From positions 26,498 through 90,497 of the forward strand of contig DASUEN010000222.1 of NCBI GenBank assembly GCA_036275055.1: 64,000 bases of DNA. Reading direction: 5' to 3'. The notes beneath the pieces are model-generated. The model worked only from the letters and a program-made list of their open reading frames with translations. It was not told the DNA's origin and did no database searches. This DNA comes from Thermoanaerobaculia bacterium (GTDB taxonomy: Bacteria > Acidobacteriota > Thermoanaerobaculia > Multivoradales > UBA5704). The translations under genes and the position numbers were made by a program. This document shows, piece by piece, positions 58,436 through 64,000 of this stretch (the stretch's first letter is position 1; the number at the start of each line of letters is the position of its first letter).

Positions 58436-58739
58436 GCTCGTCACAGAATAACTGTGCCAGTTTGCGTCCGGCCCAACGGGCCTGGATACCTTAGCCCAGG
58501 GCCGAGGCCGAAGGCCGATGCCCTGGGAAAAAGGCGCCCCATCGGTGCGGCCTGAAGGGCCGCAAATCGTTTCGACAAGAAGAGTATCGCTGCCCTTCAG
58601 GCCGCACTGCTTTGGGATCCTGCCACCCAGGGCGTCGGCCTTCGGCCTCGGCCCTGGGCTAAGGTATCCAGGCCCGTTGGGCCAGACGCCCTAGTAGGAC
58701 TGAGCTCCGGGGAACTGGCGCAGTTATTCTGTGACGAGC
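58436..58739. repeat. about 300-bp near-perfect palindrome: two about 95-115 nt inverted arms (about 95% identical apart from a 22-nt indel) around a spacer with a nested 16-bp IR
   Basis: Arm 1 58436-58527 and arm 2 58627-58739 are reverse complements. The inner IR GTGCGGCCTGAAGGGC / GCCCTTCAGGCCGCAC is at 58544-58607. Each arm also has internal hairpins (CCCAGGGC...GCCCTGGG; GGCCCaacGGGCC). Confidence 0.8.
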
Positions 58740-58809
58740 CCTAAGAGGCCGTCGCCAAGCCGACAGAGGAATGGGAGGGGCCTTTCTCGGCGCGCCAAGC
58801 CGGTCAAGC

Positions 58810-59012
58810 TACAGGATGTCCACGGGGCTCCTTACGCCACGCCCGTCTCGGTTGAGCACGCGGGTGTAGATCATCGTCGTTTTCACGGTCTTGTGACCCA
58901 GGAGCTCCTGCAGGGTCCGGAAGCGGAGCTCGTTGCCTTCGGGACGCCGGCGCTCCCAGGCAATGGCCCTCGGACAGGTTTTGCCGGAATGGACGTTCCT
59001 TGAGGAGGGGTG
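58810..59012 (-). pseudogene. C-terminal remnant of an integron-integrase-like tyrosine recombinase (IntI/XerC-like)
   Basis: The minus frame between two in-frame TAG stops translates to ...[40 protein letters not shown]. This is very similar to the IntI C-terminus (LGHSDVSTTMIYTHVL..GGAGVRSPLD). No start codon, and the upstream 250+ aa are missing. Confidence 0.6.
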
Positions 59013-59132
59013 CTACCCTCCCCTGGCCGCCTCAGGGAGTACGAGGCTCCGGTTCTCTCCTCGTTCCGGGGTCCGAGCTGCGTAGCAAGCTCCCGAGCTC
59101 ATGGGTTGAGGCTCCGCAACAGTGTTCCTGGA

Positions 59133-59360
59133 ACCAAACACATTGTAGGAGCTTCCCAACACATTGTGGTAGCGTTCCCCAACAATGTAGTTCGGCCCAG
59201 CAACAATGTGGTTGGGCTCACCAACAATGTGTTTCGGCCCAGCAACAATGTTGGGGAACCAAAACACATTGTTGCTGGCGCTCCCCACATTGTGTTTTGG
59301 CTCTCCCACAATGGGTCGGGCCCCAGCAACAATGTGTGCAGCCGCTCCAACATTGAGGCG
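59133..59360. repeat. iteron-like array: 11 copies of a 21-bp repeat with (C/A)ACAATGT / ACATTGT core in mixed orientation, perfectly phased
   Basis: Cores at 59140, 59161, 59182, 59203, 59224, 59245, 59266, 59287, 59308, 59329, 59350. Spacing is exactly 21 bp. The ACAATGT and ACATTGT cores are reverse complements of each other. Confidence 0.8.
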
Positions 59361-59458
59361 GGAGGTTTTTTCACCAGGGTGGGACGCTGCACCGACGTGG
59401 GGAAGCCCGCTTCCATTGGGTGCGGCGAGTTTTTCAATGGGATGAAGCGGTGACCGCT

Positions 59459-59866
59459 TCACAGCTCCGAGGATGCTGTGTCGAGTCCTAACTCCAGCTC
59501 CTCTTGAAGCCGCTGGCGCAGCTCGCCGGGTGCGAGGAGGAGGCCGGGATCCTCCGGGGTGGGGAAGAGGGCGACGCGCAGGGCATCTTCCGCCAGCAGG
59601 GGGAGGAGGTCTTCCAGGAGGTCTTCGAGCGCGATCGGGGCCGGCTCGGCGCCTTCCCAGTTGCCGCGGGCACAGGCTCTCGCCAGCTCGGGATGGGGCC
59701 AGAGGGGGAAGGCGTCCATCTCCTTGGACACCACCCAGCCGCGATCGTCCTGGAGCCCCCAGACCTCGTCCCAGTCGGCGGCGAGCTGCACGAGGTGGAC
59801 GGCCCGGTCCGCGGCGGGCAGGGCCTGGAGCGTGCGGAGCTCGCCGTCGCCGGTCTCCCAGCTCAT
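59459..59866 (-). CDS. small acidic hypothetical protein, co-transcribed downstream of the NYN-domain gene
   Basis: 135 aa. MSWETGDGELRTLQALPAADRAVHLVQLAADWDEVWGLQDD... Start 7 nt after the upstream stop. Confidence 0.5.
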   Translation of the reverse strand: MSWETGDGELRTLQALPAADRAVHLVQLAADWDEVWGLQDDRGWVVSKEMDAFPLWPHPELARACARGNWEGAEPAPIALEDLLEDLLPLLAEDALRVALFPTPEDPGLLLAPGELRQRLQEELELGLDTASSEL

Positions 59867-59872
59867 CGCGGA

Positions 59873-61525
59873 TCAGCCACCCGCGTCCTCGTCCTCGATC
59901 TCCTCGGCCGCCGTCCCCACCGTCACCGGCTCGCGCGGGTCAGACCCTTCCGCGCGTTTCAGGTCGCCCAAGATCCAGTCGGAGAGGGTCTGCATCTCCG
60001 TGGCGTCCAGGGAGATGCCGGCGCTGTCGCAAAGGCTGATGACGTTGCGGAAGAAGCAGGCGGCGAGGGCTAGCGGGTCTTCTGGCACGCTCTGGCCGAA
60101 GCGGTGGCCGCCGAAGGTGATGCCGCGCAGGATGAAGTTGACGCTGGCGCGGGCGATCGGCGAGCCCTCTTCGATGCACCGGTCGCGCACCGCTTTCGAG
60201 GTGCGGGTGAGGAAGTAGCTGTGCTCGCTGACCTCCTCGGCGGTGAGGCGGAAGACGCGGGCATAGTCGCCGCGCGTCAGGTACGGAGTGTCCGTGAGCT
60301 GGTGGACGCGGTAGGCGAGCGAGTTCAGCTCGGGATCGCCCACCAGCTCCTCGGGACGGCCGTCGATGGGGAGCTGATGGCGGGCCGGGTCGTAGATGTA
60401 GCCCGGCTTCAGGGCCGAGATGGCGAAGCCCGGGTTCTCCCGCCCTTCGAGCAGGTCGCGGAAGGTGCCGGCGCCGGCCCAGCGGGTGGAGAGCACCTGC
60501 TCGCCGAAGCGGCTGATCACCATCTGCGCGGCGCGCGCCATGGGCACCGCCGAATCCGAGGAATCCACCACCGAGCGCACGTGGCCGAGCACCTCCTCGA
60601 TCAGCCGGCTGCGGTCGGCCGGAGGGAGGAAGCGAGGGACTACCGGCACGATGGGGCGTCCCAGATCCGGGAGCGGCCCGGGCTCGCTCACCGCTTCGCC
60701 TTCGGCCACGATCCCCACCCGCCAGGGATCGCCGTCCAGCATGGCGAGGTCCTGGCGCGTCTGGATCACTCCCGTCGTCATGTTGCGCAAGCTGTTGAAG
60801 CCCAGCCAGTTGGTGCTCGCCGTGAACTCCGGGAACTCGCGGAAGATGGGGGGAAGCTCGGTGGCGATCAGCTCGCCGCTGGCGCTCGCCCGCTCGTAGA
60901 CCTTGTCGGCGATGCGCCGCAGCAGCTCGCCCATCGCCGAGGTGGCCGAAGGACCGGAGGCGGCGCGCGTGGCCTGGCCCGGAGTGGCGCCGATGGCGTC
61001 CTCCAGGAAGGTGTCCTGGTCGATGAGCAGGTCGCAGGCCGCTTTGTAGGCCACGGAGGCAGGGCCGATGGCGAGCACGGCGCTGCGCCGGTCGTGCTTC
61101 GAGAGGCGCAGCAGCACCGGCGTGAAGTCGGCGTCGCCCGAGAGCAGGATGAACTCGTCGAAACGGGTGACGTGGGAGAGCGTGTCGAGGATGTCCATCA
61201 CCATGTGGATGTCGGCGCTCGTCTTGCCGCCGCTCGTCAGGGGCGGGCAGTCCACCACCTCGAAGGCCGAGCGGGTGAAGTAGGGGCGGAAGCGCCCGAA
61301 CTGCGACGGGTTCAGGTAGCAGCGGCGGAAGAGGATCATCCGCCGCCGTCCGTCCTCCGTGTACTCGGGGAGCTTGTCCTGGAGCCAGAGCAGCCAGCGG
61401 CCGGGGTCGGTCGCGAACTGTTCGGCGGCCACCGGGTCTTCACGCTGAAGGCCCAGGTAGATGTTGTCGAAGTCGACGAAGAGCGCCGTCCGCAAGTGCG
61501 TCGGGCTCGGGAGAGAATCCGGCAT
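59873..61525 (-). CDS. NYN (LabA-like PIN-fold) domain protein with large C-terminal extension
   Basis: 550 aa. ALFVDFDNIYLGL...MILFRRCYLNP...SADIHMVMDILDTL...FILLSGDADFTPVLLRLSKHDRRSAVL = NYN/LabA core with conserved acidic residues. Confidence 0.7.
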   Translation of the reverse strand: MPDSLPSPTHLRTALFVDFDNIYLGLQREDPVAAEQFATDPGRWLLWLQDKLPEYTEDGRRRMILFRRCYLNPSQFGRFRPYFTRSAFEVVDCPPLTSGGKTSADIHMVMDILDTLSHVTRFDEFILLSGDADFTPVLLRLSKHDRRSAVLAIGPASVAYKAACDLLIDQDTFLEDAIGATPGQATRAASGPSATSAMGELLRRIADKVYERASASGELIATELPPIFREFPEFTASTNWLGFNSLRNMTTGVIQTRQDLAMLDGDPWRVGIVAEGEAVSEPGPLPDLGRPIVPVVPRFLPPADRSRLIEEVLGHVRSVVDSSDSAVPMARAAQMVISRFGEQVLSTRWAGAGTFRDLLEGRENPGFAISALKPGYIYDPARHQLPIDGRPEELVGDPELNSLAYRVHQLTDTPYLTRGDYARVFRLTAEEVSEHSYFLTRTSKAVRDRCIEEGSPIARASVNFILRGITFGGHRFGQSVPEDPLALAACFFRNVISLCDSAGISLDATEMQTLSDWILGDLKRAEGSDPREPVTVGTAAEEIEDEDAGG

Positions 61526-61802
61526 TCAAACCTCCGCGAAAGGATCCGTTCCGCGCCGCCTGGCATGGGCCGGCGGCGTTGTGCGGCAAAGATATCAGGA
61601 GCCCCACATAAGTCGATCCCCGGCGGCCCCCTTCTTTGGACAGAACACGCGGAGAGGCTCCGGCATTGCCAGGAACGCGCGAAGCCAGGAACCAATTTCG
61701 CGCCTCCCCCCTCTAATCACACTAGGAGCGCTCCGAACGAACCCCTCGCAAAGCGGCGAGGACGAAGCGAGGAAAACTGAATCCGGGACCTGGAGGTGGA
61801 TC

Positions 61803-62582
61803 ATGTTCGAGCACTCTCTCATCGACCTTGAAGCAAAGCCTAAGCCACGCCGCTGGCTCTCTCTGCCCATCGCCGTCGGCCTGCACGTGGTGGGGATCAC
61901 CGCTTTCGCCTTCGCCAGCTACTGGAACGTGGGCTCGGTGCCGGAGCCCCAGGTGGCCGACGTGTTCGTAGTGAGCCTGCCGCCGCCTCTGGCGGGTGGC
62001 GGCGGGGGAGAAAAGCCCAAGCCGCAGCCTCAGGAGCAGAAGAAGCAGGCGGCGGAGCCGGAGCCTCAGAAGACCGTGCAGCCGAACCTGGATAAGATCC
62101 CCGAGAAGCCGGCGGCGCCGGCCGCGAACGATACGATCCAGGATCTCCGTCCCGCCGGCCCGGGACCGAGTGATCCCAGCACCGGCTGCGAAGGCTGCCC
62201 TCCTGGCCCGGGTATTGGCCCCGGCCCCGCCGGCCCCGGAGACAAACCCGGTGTGGATCCTGGCCCCGGCATCGGCGTCGGCGACACCATGCCCATTCAC
62301 CTCTCCGTGGGCATGACGAAGCCGGAGGTCATCCACCAGGTGCAGCCCCGCTATTCCGAGATGGCGCGCCGGGCGGGAGTCCAGGGAACGGTGATCGTGG
62401 AGGCGGTGATCGACGCGCAGGGCCAGGTCACCAACGTGCGGCTGCTCCGCGGCCTTCCCATGGGGCTCGACCAGGCTGCCGTGGACGCCATCCGCCAGTG
62501 GCGCTTCAAGCCGGCGCAGCTCGACGGCCACCCCGTGAAGGTGTACTTCACGCTGACGGTGAACTTCAGCCTGCAGCGCTAG
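61803..62582 (+). CDS. TonB family energy-transducer protein
   Basis: GGAGGTGGA SD, ATG 61803. N-terminal TM helix. Pro-rich spacer. C-terminal TonB domain (GTVIVEAVIDAQGQVTNVRLLRGLPMGLDQAAVDAIRQWRFKPA). 259 aa. Confidence 0.8.
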   Translation: MFEHSLIDLEAKPKPRRWLSLPIAVGLHVVGITAFAFASYWNVGSVPEPQVADVFVVSLPPPLAGGGGGEKPKPQPQEQKKQAAEPEPQKTVQPNLDKIPEKPAAPAANDTIQDLRPAGPGPSDPSTGCEGCPPGPGIGPGPAGPGDKPGVDPGPGIGVGDTMPIHLSVGMTKPEVIHQVQPRYSEMARRAGVQGTVIVEAVIDAQGQVTNVRLLRGLPMGLDQAAVDAIRQWRFKPAQLDGHPVKVYFTLTVNFSLQR

Positions 62583-62700
62583 ACGGCAGGGCCCTTTCTT
62601 CCCGGTTCCCCACCAACCTGCCCCGCGGTGCGAAAGCCCCGCGGGGTAGCACGTTGTAGGGGGTATTTGGCGAATTCGGTCGCGACGGCCGGCCTCCCCC

Positions 62701-62824
62701 GCCCGGGCATAAATACCCGGGCTAAGAACGACGCCGGATGAATCCGGCTTGCAAAGTCCCCTTCTCAGGGAGAAGCCCCCTTGAGGGGGCGCTGTTCATA
62801 GCCCCGGCATTTATGCCCGGGCGA
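62701..62824. repeat. structured intergenic element: 22-bp inverted repeats (GCCCGGGCATAAATACCCGGGC / CCCGGCATTTATGCCCGGGC) flanking three consecutive short hairpins
   Basis: IR arms 62701-62722 and 62803-62824. Internal hairpins GCCGGAtgaaTCCGGC, CTTCTCaggGAGAAG, GCCCCCttgaGGGGGC. Lies between convergent tonB-like and PP2C genes. Confidence 0.6.
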
Positions 62825-62867
62825 AGGTGGGTGCCGCGACTGGGTTGCGCACTTTCCAGCTACCCTC

Positions 62868-64000
62868 TCAGCCGATCCCAGCCACCACCAGCGTCAAGTC
62901 GTCGTCGAACGCCGCCGTCCGCCCTGTCCAGGCGGCGACCTGGGCGAGGAGGGCGCCGGCCGTGGCCTCGGCCGGCTGGGAGGCGTGGGAGACGAGGACC
63001 TGGCGGAGCCGCTCCTCGCCGAACATCTCGCCGCCGGGGCTCAGGGCTTCCGGAATGCCGTCCGTGAACAGCAGGACGCGGTCGCCGGCAGCGAGAGGGA
63101 CGGTGACCTGCGGATAGGCGGCCCGCCGCAGGCGGCCGATCACGAGGCCCCCCGGCGGCAGCTCCTCGACCTGCCCAGAATCGTGCCTCCAGACCAGGGG
63201 AGGAGGATGGCCGGCGCTGGCCGCGGTCATCTCGCCGGCTTCGAGGTCCAGGTAGACGTAGAGGGCGGTGATGAACTGGTTCTTGAGCTTGCCGTGGAAG
63301 ATGGCGTTGACCTCCGAGAGCACCCGGCCCGGGCTCGCGGCGTGGGTACCTTGAGCCGCCACCGCCACCTTCAGCATGGTGGCCACGAGGGCCGCGGGCA
63401 CGCCGTGGCCGGAAACGTCGGCCACCAGGATCCCCAGCCGCCGTCCCTCGCCGGGGAGGAACTCGTAGAAGTCCCCCGCCACCTCGGACGCCGGCACGTA
63501 GCGGGAGGCGAGGTCGAGACCGTCGATCCGCGGCGGCGCGCCCGGCAGGATGGATTCCTGGATCGCCCGCGCCGTCGCGAGTTCCTGGCGGATGGCCGCC
63601 AGCCGTTCCTGATCGCCGAAGACGCGCCGTGCCGCCACCGTCCCCAGGCCGCAGACGAAGAGCAGGAAGCCCACTGGCTCGACGTTCGTGGTCCTGGGGA
63701 TAGGCTCCATGGCGCGCACGTTCTCGTAGATCGCGAAGGCGAGGAGCACGAGGAAGCTGCCGCGCAGGATGTGCAGGTCCCCTGTGCGCCCCTGGCCTGG
63801 CAGGAACACGTTGGCGATCACCAGGAGGGCGCCCGTCAGCACCAGGAAGCGGTAAGGAGTCATCAGGGCGCCCGGCTGGCGAGCCATGATTTCGGCGGGG
63901 ACCGCGACCACCGCCAGGGCAACGAAGGCCTGCCAGAACCAGCGGAGCGATCCCTTCCAGCCCCTGCCGGCCAGGCTCTCGAACAGCAGGCCAGCGGGTA
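62868..64000 (-). CDS. PP2C-type (SpoIIE/RsbU-like) serine phosphatase with N-terminal membrane domain; 5' end beyond window
   Basis: PP2C motifs VAGDFYEF, VADVSGHGVPAALVATML, FTDGIPEA. The frame stays open upstream of the track start (GTG 63911) to the window edge (…WFWQAFVALAVVAVPAEIMARQ…), so the N-terminus is truncated by the window. Confidence 0.75.
   Translation of the reverse strand, partial: PAGLLFESLAGRGWKGSLRWFWQAFVALAVVAVPAEIMARQPGALMTPYRFLVLTGALLVIANVFLPGQGRTGDLHILRGSFLVLLAFAIYENVRAMEPIPRTTNVEPVGFLLFVCGLGTVAARRVFGDQERLAAIRQELATARAIQESILPGAPPRIDGLDLASRYVPASEVAGDFYEFLPGEGRRLGILVADVSGHGVPAALVATMLKVAVAAQGTHAASPGRVLSEVNAIFHGKLKNQFITALYVYLDLEAGEMTAASAGHPPPLVWRHDSGQVEELPPGGLVIGRLRRAAYPQVTVPLAAGDRVLLFTDGIPEALSPGGEMFGEERLRQVLVSHASQPAEATAGALLAQVAAWTGRTAAFDDDLTLVVAGIG

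Noticed and set aside
59000-59462. ORFs 59000..59356 (+), 59010..59453 (+), 59013..59462 (-) with QQC/NNV repeats
   Set aside because: Products of translating the 21-bp iteron-like array in three frames. Periodicity is at the DNA level (21 bp, both orientations), not codon-based.

Overview
High-GC (about 65-70% by eye) bacterial chromosome segment, most likely Acidobacteriota. The phylum guess rests on tandem 'VWFA-related Acidobacterial domain'-type proteins, a GWxTD protein and an IPTL-CTERM surface protein. The housekeeping backbone comprises aroC (partial), comEC, an S8 peptidase, miaA-hfq, pgsA-like, dnaE, an E1alpha/E1beta/E2 2-oxoacid dehydrogenase cluster, a split transketolase, a Gfo/Idh/MocA oxidoreductase, an M19 dipeptidase and yjbQ. 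The accessory content is interleaved with these genes. It includes a stand-alone LanC-like cyclase and a subtilase-propeptide-like mini-ORF. It includes a HipA-like kinase with no adjacent HipB. It includes a zf-HC2/TPR anti-sigma-like operon, an ECF sigma with a DoxX-like membrane protein upstream (no cognate anti-sigma seen), and a 1165-aa DUF11/IPTL-CTERM surface protein. It also includes a translationally coupled caspase(C14)-SLOG(YpsA-like) pair. A roughly 10 kb lower-GC island (about 49.3-59.4 kb) sits beside a TIR-NACHT-multiTM STAND gene. The island carries a TIR protein next to an HD-GHKL ATPase, a group II intron, an integron-integrase C-terminal remnant, a roughly 300-bp near-perfect palindrome and a perfectly phased 21-bp iteron-like array. 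No rRNA, tRNA or CRISPR was recognised. Many long antisense ORFs in the track are GC-driven shadows and were rejected.
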